64,000 bases of DNA. It comes from Seison nebaliae (lineage: Eukaryota). The position numbers and the translations under genes are program-made. The notes under the pieces were generated by a model that searched no databases, had not been told where the DNA came from, and saw only the letters and a list, made by a program, of their open reading frames with translations. This document shows, one piece after another, positions 25,584-38,926 of this stretch; the stretch's first letter is position 1, and each line of letters starts with the position of its first letter. The DNA is taken from positions 1 through 64,000 of the forward strand of contig JALJEE010003211.1 in the NCBI GenBank assembly GCA_023231475.1. The letters are read 5' to 3'.

Positions 25584-27623
25584 CTGAATTATCTATACTG
25601 AATTCTCGAAAATATAAAAGTAAAATTCTAACGAAATTTCTTCATCACTTCTACAAATAGAAATTCGTGTAACTTCACATTACACATAATCTCTGCATTT
25701 TCAATTTACATTCTCTTATTTTTACTTCTCATAAGATTGGGAAAGAAATAACTCAGAATTATTATAAAGAAAAAACTAATTTAATTAAGTTTATGGACGG
25801 TTGTAATTCGATTTAAATACTTTAAATATTTCTCTTATCCATTACAGGATTCTTTGATACGACACTTTTTTCAAGTATAATAGGCAATATAATGCATTCA
25901 TAATAAATTATGGAGTTGACTGATGTCAAATATGATAAAAATTATGATGATCATAATTAAAAAATTAACATTTTCACCAAATTTAAATTTCTTACATCTC
26001 ACCTTCTTGGTAGTTATTTTATAATTTTATAAAACTAATTTAAACTTCTAACTCGTTACAATTTATGTTTCGAAGGACTAATAAATTTTTAAATATTTTA
26101 TCATTTTGAATGAGAGTGAAACTTTCTCTAAAACTTCGATAGTCGGGAAACCTCTTATTGTTAAATTTTTATTGTTACTTCTTCTTCGATATTGATAAGC
26201 CTATTATTTTTCATGTTATATTTATAAGTTTATTAATTTGTATGGAATGTTTTGATTATCCGCATTAAGCTTCCCTCTCAATAACTTCATTCCCCGTGTT
26301 AATTAATTCGCGACAGTCATGTTGGCACAGACTATAACTGGAAAACTGTTTCTTCGGTTTATTTCAATTTTATAAAAAACTGTTGAACAGAGCATCATAC
26401 TTTAAGTCGATCCTTCCATCCATATATGGATATGGATCATCAATATATTGATAATAATGTTGTTAATGTTAATGCACTACATTAAGATAATATTTGACCA
26501 GGACTATCTTGTCTCTTCGTTCCTCCCAACTTGACATCCATGGTATAGACTCTATACTATAGAGGGATCGATCCTTTTCATTTTTTTATTACGGAACCCC
26601 CTGCCCTAATTAGCAGGCCTACCAGGTGGACGATTGATAATAGAGAAGATAAATGCTCTTGAAAAGGAGCGTTTACAGCCTAGAAGATTTCGAATACATG
26701 GATTATATGCTCAATTTAAAGCTATTTTAAGCATGCTCAAATAATAAGCAAAATAGTCCATAGAAGTCGAACGTGTGAAACAACTTCAGTTTTAGAGAAG
26801 CAGGAAAATATTTACAGCGATGACTTATAGAATGATAAGGTGAGATGAAAAGCTTAAATTCTATTGAGCGAGTGGAAGTGATTTTATTTCACCTCCCCAC
26901 CTAGTTTTGAACTCCCAATAACTTAGAAAATAACCACCGAGCTGCATACGTTATAATTATGAGTTTAAGATTTCATGAAAAATTAAGTTTCTTTGTTAAA
27001 ACAAGCTTTTTATAAGTTAATTGCTTAAATTGATGAGTTAAAATTTGAATTTGAGATAGGGATAGAATATAGATGTTAAACTTTCAATTTCACGAATTAA
27101 AACCCGATGAATTTTTACAATAATATTCAAACAGTTTATCTATGATAATCAGATCCGATTATCAGAATTAAAGGCATGATAAATCATCTAGTAATCATAT
27201 GATTGATCAGTAAATTATCTGGAATATCTTCACCTGGGAATGGTATAATATATTAAAAATTGTGAGACACACAAATTGGCATTATCGATTCGGGGGTGCG
27301 CAAAAGAACAAAAATAGATGGGAGTTTCTAATTGAATGGAAAATGAGGTATGTAGAGAGAAATCGTAACATATAGACTACACAAGATTTAATTTTTTCTT
27401 ATCGAAATGAAATATCAAAATTTATGGAATTATGTTTCAAGTTCAAAGCTATTTAATTTAAAAGTGAAAATGTGAAAGATTGACGGAGACAAAGGACGGT
27501 AATGATTTTCTGAAAATTTCTTGAATTCGTTAAAAAACTTGAAGTTTTGGATTTCATCTCTTCTTTTATCTATTCATTTCTTTTGTTGACAATTGTCATT
27601 GTTTCAACTGTCAAAGTTTCAAT

Positions 27624-29786
27624 ATGAAAAATAAAAGAGAAGAATTTCCAGATTCAGGGGAAGATGATGAATTTGATGATGCCGAATTCGTTGAAACGAC
27701 AACGAAAGGAGATTGTCTTGACGTAGAGAATATGTTACAAGATGAGATTGAGTCGGGTAAATTAGAAACGGCTGCTCATTTCGTTACCTGTTCGGAGACG
27801 TCGCCAATACGGAAAAATTCAGGAACGATTATATCGTTTGATGATGTTCTGCTTTATAATGAGGAGAAGAAAAAGAAGAAGAATCCAAAGAAAGATGAAA
27901 TTATGAGGAAAGCGAGAGCGACATGTGCAAGAAACTTGTTGTTATATCGAATGAATGAAATGTATCTTTTGTTGCAAATGGCAAATCTCTCTCAATTGAA
28001 TCGTCTCCAATTCCATCAGAGTTTAAAGAAGAATATGTTGACAATTATTCCGAAACGATTCCATCATAATTTAGATGAATGGAAATATGATTTGAAGAAA
28101 GAATTTATTGATGATCTTTTCAATTGGTATGATAAATATTATTCGTTGAATTATTTGACCAATTTGGAAAACCGTCGTATTTGTCCATTCACGTCGAGAA
28201 CGATAACATCGGAAATTCTGTCCATGTGGATGAACAAGAAGAGTGTGATGACTTCACAACAATCCATTTCCATTTTATTTCTTTTCATTTTACGAATTTT
28301 AAAAATTCCGTCACGTCTTGTTGTGGCGGTGGAGAATGTGCATCAATTGATCAATCTTCCCGCTATCAGTCATACGAAGCGATCGAGCAAATCGTTGAAA
28401 GAATCAAGTCGAACGAAAAAACCACGAAAAGTTTCGAAAGGAAAAGAGAATTTGAATTTATCTTTTTCTGAATGTTCGATCGATGATGACGTGAATGATG
28501 AAAATAAGAAAAAAGGAAGAAAGAAGAAGAATTTGATAAGAAGTGGAAAAAAAGACGAGAAGAAGAAAGAAGAAGATATTGTAGAAATGGAACATTATCC
28601 ATTGTTTTGGGTGGAAGTTCTCAGTTTAATGGATTTTAATGAAGATGAATTAATTATTGATAAACATCGACCGATCGATCTACAGATTGAGAAAGATCTG
28701 GATCGTGAACATAAGAAGAATCAATGGTATGTTAAGAAAGGATTAAAGTCGATAACGAACGATAAACAAATGACAATTCGTTGGAGGAAAGTTCTCTTGA
28801 GTGAATATACGAGAATGTCGCCGATATTATTGGCGATTTTGAGCATTGATCATCATTCGAATTTGAATGAGATAACATTGAAATACATGACAGGTGAGAG
28901 ATATATTAGTGAAATTATGAAGTTGAAAATGTCGAGCAGTGAAATTAGAACATTACATGGAACTGCTTCCGGATTTGATGATGTTCGACGGGAACGTCAT
29001 CCGTCGGAAATGGCTGGATTGTGTGCCGATTTGGGTTTGATGAAACAAAATTTGTATAAAGTAAAAATGCCAAAAACAATTATTGGATTTAAAAATCATC
29101 CAGTTTATTGTTTAGAGCGACATCTATTGAAATTTCAAGGGATTCATTCACTTGTCGAGAATAATCGAGAAGGAGTTGCAGGTCGATTGAATCAGAATGT
29201 TATCTATTATCGATCTGGTGTCGTTACTCTTTATTCGAAGCAAACTTGGTTGAAATATGCAATGCAAGTGAAAGAGAATGAACATCCATCGAAGATTGTG
29301 AAAGGACGTCCATCTTATAAAGAATGTGCTGCTGGTGTGAAATTTGTTGATTTAGAATTATTCGGTTATTGGCAGATAGAACCATATATTCCACCAACGG
29401 CAATCGATGGAAAAGTACCGAGAAATCAATATGGAAATGTTGATCTTTTCCAAGAAAGAATGTTGCCTATTGGCACATTCCATTTGAAGGCATCGGTGAT
29501 ACCTCCTCGTAATGTGACGATGATCTGCAGGAAATTGAGAATTGATCATGCTTCCGCCATTTATGGTTTCGATTTGAAGAGAGGTTATACTATTGCATTG
29601 ACTGATGGATATGTGGTATGTAATGATAAGGTGGAGATAATCCTGAAGGAATATGAAGCGATGAAGAAGGAGAAAGAGAGAGTGGCGGAAGAGAACCGTT
29701 TGAAAACGATTTATGGTCGATGGAGAATGTTCATCAAGAAAATGATCATCAAAGATAATTTACGAAGATTATGTGAAGATAATTAA
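27624..29786 (+). CDS. XPC: DNA repair protein XPC/Rad4, intronless
   Basis: IPSRLVV and FWVEV (TGD); MPKTIIGFKNHPVYCLERHLLKFQ (BHD1); LFGYWQIEPYIPP..DGKVPRNQYGNVDLF (BHD2/3); terminal RW..FIK. Confidence 0.95.
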   Translation: MKNKREEFPDSGEDDEFDDAEFVETTTKGDCLDVENMLQDEIESGKLETAAHFVTCSETSPIRKNSGTIISFDDVLLYNEEKKKKKNPKKDEIMRKARATCARNLLLYRMNEMYLLLQMANLSQLNRLQFHQSLKKNMLTIIPKRFHHNLDEWKYDLKKEFIDDLFNWYDKYYSLNYLTNLENRRICPFTSRTITSEILSMWMNKKSVMTSQQSISILFLFILRILKIPSRLVVAVENVHQLINLPAISHTKRSSKSLKESSRTKKPRKVSKGKENLNLSFSECSIDDDVNDENKKKGRKKKNLIRSGKKDEKKKEEDIVEMEHYPLFWVEVLSLMDFNEDELIIDKHRPIDLQIEKDLDREHKKNQWYVKKGLKSITNDKQMTIRWRKVLLSEYTRMSPILLAILSIDHHSNLNEITLKYMTGERYISEIMKLKMSSSEIRTLHGTASGFDDVRRERHPSEMAGLCADLGLMKQNLYKVKMPKTIIGFKNHPVYCLERHLLKFQGIHSLVENNREGVAGRLNQNVIYYRSGVVTLYSKQTWLKYAMQVKENEHPSKIVKGRPSYKECAAGVKFVDLELFGYWQIEPYIPPTAIDGKVPRNQYGNVDLFQERMLPIGTFHLKASVIPPRNVTMICRKLRIDHASAIYGFDLKRGYTIALTDGYVVCNDKVEIILKEYEAMKKEKERVAEENRLKTIYGRWRMFIKKMIIKDNLRRLCEDN

Positions 29787-32700
29787 TTTCTATTTAATAA
29801 TAATACATTCTACATTTTCATATTATATCTAAATTATATTTTCATAGAAAATTTTATTCGTCCAATTTCTTAATCTCATCAAATTGTTGATCAAATGCAT
29901 TGATCTCTAATGCTCTGCTCATTTACTTCGACATTAACGACCATCATAATATCCTTATCAACTTAACTGACTTCATATATTATTTTAAAATTTAATTTTC
30001 TATTGAGGAAGAATTTTTTCTTCAAATTATTATAGGTATCTAAAAATATGAATAAGTCGTTTAATAATTTTGGTTGTAGGGAGGATAATCACTCCGTCCA
30101 AATAGATGATAATGTTGATAGTCCGAGTACGTGTGATAGTTAGTTAGAGTACGCAAACGTAGACCGAGAATAATCTGTTCGTCAAGAAAGAGGAGAATCT
30201 GGAAATACTGCATGATGATCCACAGATTCGATTAGTAAACCTATATGAAATAATGGAATAATCGAAGAATGGAATTGCAACAGTTCGTGCAGTAAACTAA
30301 CTATTGAAAGAAGAAGTTAAGTGCCTACACTCGTCGTTTTCACCATGTTTCGACTCTATTGCACAGAATAAGAAGAAGATGCACGTAAATGGAACTCATC
30401 AAAAATAGAGAATTGATGGCTCCTTGAAAAATATTTACGTCAGTAAACGTTGAGTTGTGTCAAATAGCACCGTCAATAAAGAGGGGTGAAGAAACAAGGA
30501 TCAATGAAGATTATATTCACTAAATTTTCATTGTCTCTTAATATTTCAGTTCTTTCAAACTTCCTTCTCAATTTACTTTTTTTTTTTAATTTGGTTTATT
30601 AATATTATACGACGTCCATATGAACATCAATTGAATATGAATGATATCGAAGTTCCATCTACAAAACCGGCAGATAGAATGATCATCTGATTAAGAGAAT
30701 TTTTTTTTTAATTTTTATGATTGATCAAATTTCCCACACTGGATCCGGATCAATCGTCACATAATTTCAAGTAATAATCTTTTTTAGTTTTCTGATCATT
30801 ATTTCCTCTGTTAAATCGGAAGATTTTCAATTGAGAATGAAAGAAATGAAAGAAACGGTTTCGTAGAAGAAATCGTTAAGAATCATTTTGGCAACTTCGA
30901 TTTGACATGCATTTGTTTAGTAGTTGGTTTGGTAAGAGATGGATTGAAATGTGAGAATTTAGCATAGAAATGTTTTTGATTGAAATAAAATTGAAAACTG
31001 TTAATATTGGAGGTGGATAGATTGGGAATGAGACAAGATGGACCAATTGGCAATTGTAATGTGTTCATTACTCGTCACCCATCAGAGATGAATATGATTG
31101 TGATCTATGGCAATGTTGATGGTGTTGATGGATAATCTTAAAAGAGACTAAATGAAATTTATTCTTTAAGATTCGATGATAATTATAATCGTCCTCCTTC
31201 TTTATCGATTTGAATTAGAAGATAAGTTGATGGGAAATGATGATGTATATATCAATCACTGATCCTCATACTGTCCATATATCTGTACATGTGTGAAGTT
31301 ATATAATTGGTAATAATTTGATAATAAAATGATAATTGTTAATCATACGACGTTGTTGCACATACACATGACATTCGAGGAATGTGAACGATATTTTCAA
31401 ATAGTAATTTTATTACATCACGAAAAGGTTTAAAGTGAAGTAAACGTATAGGAATACATATAAAGGGAGACGCGTCATTATCGCCATCGTTTTGATGATC
31501 GAGAATATCAAAGAAATAAACATAGAGAAAAGAACGACATAACAATTTTGATCGGTAATCGATTTTCATCAACAACTCTCATCAACAAAGAAGATATGAA
31601 TAAGAAAGAAATTAATCCCACAATGAAGATGGATCTTTCTATGAGATTTTCTAGCGTTCAAATTCGTATGAATATCTAATAAGATGAGACCGTTAAACGC
31701 TGAAGGTCGACACATTAATTGTATAATTATGTTGATTAAGAATTATTGTCTATTATCATTAAAATGATACATGTCAATGAGAGAAAGAAGTGGAAGAGAA
31801 TGGGACGAACACTCCGACAAGAGACAACATATACGAAACTATTATTTCTTCGACATAAACTTCGTTTTTTACCAATTTCTTATTTAACATCTCAATTTTC
31901 CATTCGACTTCCAAACACTTTTCCTTCCTTTTTTCAAACGTTCCATAAATACGTTGATTTAAATTCAAATGAGATATTTGAGAAATGAATGTTCGGACAT
32001 TCGACTTCAATAAAATTCCTGCTCATCCGAATGAGACGACTGCGATAAAAATGAAGTAATGCGATTGATATAAAAAAGAGAAATGGTTGAGGGAGAGGTC
32101 ATGAATTTATTGAAATTCCCGTTTCAATTGAAATGCTATTGAGAGATGGATGGATGAGATTATTGAATGAATATTGTTCGTTCATTCGATACAATAGAAA
32201 TTCATTCGACATAATGAAGTTGAAGGTTATCATCAGCTGATGATAATTTGTGGTAACGTGTAATATCAGCTCATATCATCAAACTCATTTCACCAAATGG
32301 AAAATGTTAATACAAATAATGAATGTGAATCATTTAGTATAAGTATTAATAGTATCATGAAAAAATTTGTGACGAATTGCTTATTCCAAAAGAAAGTATG
32401 ATCTTTTCAATCATTTCAATCATTCAGTCTCAAATTTTAGTCCGTCCACATCTCATCAATCGTTATGTGTGAATCGAATGAATTCGTCGATCGATGCGCA
32501 CCTGTCAAATGAAGCGATCGATAATTTCTCTGTTCAGAATGATGATGAAACTCGTCGTATATCTCTATTTAATTATTTCCTTCATTTCCGATCGAGATGG
32601 AGAGTAGTTTGGTAAGCATATCAACTGTTTAGAGACTTTCCAAACGAAACGTTAAAAAAGCAATCGATCTAATAAAGAGATCGATGGAGATATGAGTTCA

Positions 32701-32825
32701 CACTTTTTTCATCTTTCTAATTTCTCCAAACTATATTTGTTCTCGTACATCTCATCAACAATTTACTTCTCATTTAATTAATTTTCAATTGTTTTCAATC
32801 ACAATCTCAAATTTTATTGACGTTA

Positions 32826-32887
32826 TTCTTCTTCTTCTTCTTCTTCTTCTTCTTCTTTCTTCTTCTTCTTCTTCTTTCTTCTTCTTC
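32826..32887. repeat. (TTC)n microsatellite upstream of NUAK
   Basis: About 20 near-perfect TTC units. Confidence 0.95.
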
Positions 32888-33295
32888 GTTTCATATTTCG
32901 ATTAATTCTCCATGTTACGTAAAATGAAAATGTTTTCAATTATGTCATTAAATTTATTTCATTTATTCATCTTATCTTCTCCTACATACACGTTTATTGA
33001 ATGGCGGATAGATGAAGATCTTCTTGAGAAGAAAATACATCGATGGAAAAAGATTGTTGAAATATTTTGGTGGATTAAGATTATTACGATCAATTTATTT
33101 ATTGTCCATTTTCTCAGTTATCGTCCCTACTTATCTCATTTTTTGTTAATAATTTTTTGTTCAAGTGGATGTTGAGAGAGCGATCTGTTGAGAAAATTAT
33201 TTGACTCATCTTCATAATTTCAGTATCTTCGAGCAATTCAAATATTGTGGTTAAAGATAAAATTACAATCCGAATATCAAACTTAATTCGCTAGA

Positions 33296-34925
33296 ATGTT
33301 GAAGAGTCGTGTTGGAAAGAAGTTGAAGATCTCTCGACTCTATTCATCAATCGAATCAGATCGTAGTCAAAACAAAAACAATGCAATGACCAACTCATTA
33401 ATAGAACCAGGCAGCAAATCGAGTAGTAGTAATAGAACGAAATCGATTAATCGAATTCTTGATACAACACCTACACCCTTCCCAAACAACAACAACAACA
33501 ATAACAACAGTAACAATAATAATAATAATAATAAAGAAAATGAGAATTCTACTAGTCACAGTGAGAAACGATCACGTAATCGAAGTATCGGTATCAAACC
33601 GTTTCCATTTCATCAAAGTAATGACGAGAATGATGATCGGAAACTATTGAAATATAATGCTATCAACTTCCAATCGGACGAGAAGAAAGAACTCAGTAAA
33701 AACAGTACCAATACCATTAGCAGTAGTAACAGTAATAGTTCGTGCAACGTCTTCACCGATGACCAACAATTATTCACTCAAATCAATCGAAACAATAGTA
33801 ATAGTAATGGAATCTCTTCAAAACCGCATCATGAAACTTTAAATAATCGCTTCCAATTTAATAAAACTCTCGGCAAAGGAACATATGGGAAAGTGAAATT
33901 GGCTTCAGATCGAAGAACTGGTGGACAAGTTGCAATCAAAAGTATTCGAAAAAGTCGAATAGAGAATCCTCATGATTTAGATCGAATACGACGTGAAATT
34001 TTCATGTCGAATTTAGATCATCCTCATATCATTAAAATACGTGAAGGTTTCCCCATCTTTTACTATTTCCAAAAATTTTTTCATTTCCGAATTTTTTGTT
34101 TGTTGAATAGTTTATGAAAGTAAAGAGAAGATCATTCTCGTCATGGAATATGCAGCACGTGGCGAATTATATGACTATCTCAATAGGAAGAAACGTATAC
34201 CAGAAAATGAAGCTAGAGGCATTTTCCGTCAAATAGTTTCAGCAGTCCATTTTCTCCATAAAGTTCCTTTTACTTTCATTTTTAAATATAATATACTTCT
34301 CCCATTTAGAATCGAATAGTTCATCGAGATTTAAAATTAGAAAATATTCTCATCGATTCAAATGGTGATGTGAAAGTTCCATTCCTCTCTCAATCCTTCA
34401 TTAATTTTCATTTCATCTCATCATTGTAAGTTGGCAGATTTCGGTCTTAGCAACACCTGGAGTCCCAAATCGTTATTGAACACGTTCTGTGGTAGTCCGT
34501 TATATGCCAGTCCAGAAATTGTTAAAGGAATTCCTTATTATGGACCTGAAGTCGATTGCTGGAGTCTCGGCGTATTACTCTATACTCTCATCTATGGAAA
34601 CATGCCATATCAGGGAGAGAACTTTCAGAAATTAACCAGACAAATATCAACTGGAACATTCTTCGAACCGCCAGAAAAATCAGGTTAGTGTTTGCTGGAA
34701 ATTTAAATTATTTTTATTCGTTTAATTCCCGATTTAGATGCATATAGTCTTATTAGAAAATGTCTGTGTGTTAATCCAGCTAAACGTGCTTCTATCGATC
34801 AAATTGCAGAACATTGGTGGATTAATATCGGTTATCGTTATCCGCCCGTCGTCTTCTTCTCTTATCTCCCACAACGTCATGGAATCCAAGCATTGAGCTA
34901 CAAAAAGAGTCCTAAAGTAAATTAA
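33296..34925 (+). CDS. NUAK: NUAK-family (AMPK-related) Ser/Thr kinase, 5 exons
   Basis: LGKGTYGKVK, VAIKSIRK, HRDLKLEN, DFGLSN, TFCGSPLYASPEIVKGIPYYGPEVDCWSLGVLLYTLIYG. Introns 34047-34110, 34263-34309, 34376-34430, 34684-34737. Confidence 0.93.
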
Positions 34926-35235
34926 TGGAAATAGAATTTATCGAAAAAAAATTTTATGAATTAATTCTTTTTGTTATCTTCCTTCATCCTCATTAAATTG
35001 CACATATCTCATTCGGTTGAGGAATTATTTTCCTTGGGAATCATTAGATCATTTCCATTTCGCACAATTATCGAATAACTCCAAAGAATTCCCAAACAGT
35101 TTCGGAGAATAAAATTTAAATATTTACAAACTAAATAATAATGTTCAGGTGAGATGTTCCATTGTCATTCTGTCCACATGTTACTTTTTGAATTGGAAGA
35201 TTTGTTATTGTTGTTTGTGAAATTGACAACGAATT

Positions 35236-36506
35236 TATAAGATTGATTTCAATTTACATCGATTTGGACACCAGATAGCCACGTAGATATCGGCACATAT
35301 CGTCAAAAGATCGACATCATCACACCAGTTCTTATCAGACGCTAACACAAAAGAAAGGAATTGGTGGAATTTATCTGAGTAAAAGAACTGTTTAGAGGAG
35401 TCGGTTGGAGACATTGGGAGTCATTATTAGGAAATATTATTGATTGAAACATTCCATCAGAACAGTTAGTGGCGGAATTGCCATAGAGTTTAACGGTGAG
35501 AAATTGTTCGTTGGACATTTGACTTCTACATCGATTCCGAACGTTCATCAAGCAACTATCTCGTTCATAAAGGAATAATGAGTCGAATTTTGGTGTAAAC
35601 AATTGGAAATCATCGATAAGTTTGTCGAAACGTCTGATAAAAAGAAATGTTAACTATTCGATGACATTAAAATGGAGGAATTGATAAAAAAGATTTTGTA
35701 AGAAAATGTCAAAACTTCATCAATTATCTTCATATTCTCCTCATTGCAAATAAGAATAGTAAGTGAAAATCGATATTTATCCGTTTTCTTCCATTCGTTA
35801 ATTTCCGGGGAAATTTTTATGAAGACGATTTCGTCAAATTCCTGTAACAATTACAATGTGGTGAGGAAGATGATGCCAAAGAAAGTAGAAATAACGAGAA
35901 CTTTCAAGAGAAAGAGTTGATAGATATTGGAATTGATGAGTCTTAAGAATTCAATCGGTTCGAACGATGATGGACGGCGAATGCTAATAATAAATCGTTT
36001 ACCAATTGAATGATCCTTCATCTGATGAATAAATGATAATTTTGATATTTCCATATATGAAACAATTGAGATGATGAGGAATAAGATGATGAATATCAGG
36101 AAAGAATGTTTGGGAGCGTTGTCTCTCATTCTTTCATTTCTATCGATTTCTTTTTTTTTTGTAAATTGATTACAATTATAATTCATTTTTCCGTCATCCT
36201 CATTGTTTGATGTTCTTTTTAAAATGAGAAATTGTGTAAATTATGAAATTAGAAGAAGATGATGCCAAACCGAAAACTTTGTAAAGAATTCGAATTGTCA
36301 GATATCGATTCGTTCACCGATTCATTTATCGATTGATTTCCAGTGTAGTTGGTTGGAGAAGTGGGAGAAGTGTTTGAAGACATATTCTTATAATCGTCCA
36401 ATGTCAATTGCGTATGATTATTGTGTGTTAATAACGAATGCAATAAATTTTCGGGTAGAATTGGTGGTGAGGGAATGGATGAATTGGAACATTGTTTCTG
36501 ATTCAT
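35236..36506 (-). CDS. Uncharacterised type II single-pass membrane protein with Cys-rich C-terminus, multi-exon
   Basis: S/N/P-rich N-terminus spliced to a TM helix SFLIFIILFLIISIVSY, then Cys-rich segments ending WCDDVDLLTICADIYVAIWCPNRCKLKSIL*. Middle junctions not fully resolved. Confidence 0.45.
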
Positions 36507-38926
36507 TAGAAATTGATGATTCGTTCAAACGGAAAATATTTTCAATGGAAAGATTCTTAATTCGTATCGTCAAATCTTAAACGTGATAAACTTCCAGACA
36601 ATTGAGATAACGACACATCGCACTTAATCTCTATAGATGAATGTCGAATGTCATGAAATTGAATGAGGTGAAGTTAAATTCATTACAACTTAATCGTCGA
36701 ATGTTCTTCATTCGAAAGGTTATGATCTTTTATTTCACATTTCATTTAATGTCGATATCCATCTCTGACAATCGGACAACTTCATATGACTCACTCCCTC
36801 TTATGTAACGAGGAGAATGAAAGAGTCATTCAATTTCATTAAATTATTGTGGTGGGTATAATTGACGAGAGAACGAAAGAGAAAAAATAGTATTCGTTCA
36901 TTTGTTTAAGGTGACTTTAGTTCTATGATTCTTAGACATTGAGGCGTAAGTAGTTAGGATGAATTTAAACTATGAAATTTTTAATTACAGGACAAATGCA
37001 AATGGGGAGCGTTCTTTCGAAAGGAAATTTACGAAATGTTCCTACCATAATTTATTGAGTTAATTCCATTTATATTCTTCATTCTTGAAATATCAGCATA
37101 TTAATACTGTCAGAACAGAAGTTCATTCTCTAGTCATAGTCTTTTCATTCCATCAACCAATTATCAAACAAGAAAATAATTGGGAATCTCCCAATTTTAA
37201 TCGGAAATTCATATGGAAATTCAAGGATAGTCTTTTTCATAATAATTGATAATTTTTCCAATTGTTAGATCGTTTCAAATCAGTTTCTTTTTATAACTAT
37301 ATATATAGTTGCCCATAATAGAGTAGGACTAAATTAATCGATCGGTTGAAGATAATTCGAAAAAATTATAAATAGTGGCACTTGAACAAATGTGTAGAAA
37401 GTTGGAAGATACAACAATCTTCACATCTGCTTTGATAGAGCCGCAAGAGGAGGTAGTCCCAAAAATAGTCAAATTAAGTATGTAACATATTTTGAAGGGG
37501 GGATGACACATTAAATTAATTGCAATTTCTCTCGATAATTTTTAAAATCGTTTGTTTAATATTAAATTTTTTTTAGAGAATATATAAATAATTAAAAAGG
37601 AATTAAAAATGAATTTAGTTGATAGGAGGAGAGAATTGTAGAATATCTTTCCCATTCAATTTTCAATCATTTTTTTAGGAGGAATACTTAACTGTTCTCA
37701 TCACAATTCAGGTTACTCGCAGAAATAGTGATGATGATGAAAATAATAATAATGATAAAAGATGATGATGTTGATGATGAAAGAAGAGGAGAAAATGAGT
37801 AAGAATTATCAAAGCAAAGAATGATAGTTTGATGGAGGAGTACTGATGATAAAGTGCTTGGCACTAGAAGAGTACTGGAATATATTGTCTTTCTTCTATA
37901 TATCGAGAAGAAAGGAAGAAATATGAATATTGATATAATTGTCATTATGTGATCGATGAAAAAAGACAGAAGAAGATAGATATGAACCATATTGGTGTTC
38001 ATCATCATCATCTTCTTTTCTTCTTCATTCAACTGCTGTTCTGCCCATTCCTTCCTTTCTTCAATTGGAACAGTCTGACACATGTTTCTATTGTTTTAAT
38101 AATAAGAAAACGTCATCAATTGGGAGGTAACTGCTGCACCGGCTGCATTTATGGAATTTATGGGTGGAGATCTATAAATGGTGAATAGAACGAAGTAGAT
38201 CATCACTATTTCATCTTACTTTCTTCTTTTTTGTTTCATCATTCATTCTCATTCGATCATCTCCTTTCCTTAAAAAAATTCAATTATCATTCACTGGTAT
38301 TTCCCATTGAAACATCAGAACGAATAGTTAGAGAAATGGAATTTTTCCTTTTGGAATAACCATATCATCTGAGATGGAATTGTTGAACCAATGGAAATTC
38401 CAATAGGTTCGATGACATCATTTTCTAAACAGGAGACATACTTATATGATTCTTTCATCGCTTTTGATTGTTGCTCACAGTGTTTTGGTGCATCGGCTCC
38501 TTCACCATTCGTCACTTACTCTTCTAAATGTGAATTAATTTCATGACGACGATGATGGTGATGATTATGATGATGATGATGTTAACGTATGAATCAATTG
38601 CCGAATGACATGCGAGTTTCAATCAAAAGTGAGATGGACATCGACTCTCTTCGAGAGGAATTTTCTATAATTTTTCCATTAATATATCTCTGCCATGTTA
38701 CTGCCAAAATGAATGACCCAAATCTGGTTGTTAGGCAGAATGTTGATTGTTTTCATTAAATGTCTTGTTCCCAAAGAGTTTCCACTTTGATCATGAATAT
38801 ATTTGGAGGATTCATATGTCATCCGTATACTCCCCTCTGGCATTTATGACAACAATCAAACATTCTACTTAACTTTCTAATTCGGCACGATTACAGCATC
38901 CTCTTCAGCGACATCGACTCCAGAGA

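Noticed and set aside
26400..26640. GC-richer patch with small palindromes between SPO11 and XPC (ribozyme or TE end?)
   Set aside because: No hammerhead or HDV core, no TIR partner or TSD found.
30600..32450. Possible minus-strand multi-exon gene, including a cystine-knot-like end (CIP...SCVC) at 31339-31575
   Set aside because: I could not build a consistent spliced ORF, and the Cys-containing stretch lies in a long AG-free tract that looks intronic. Needs RNA-seq.
37688..38620. Short ORFs on both strands upstream of the GPCR
   Set aside because: Low-complexity, no recognisable domain, no convincing exon chain.
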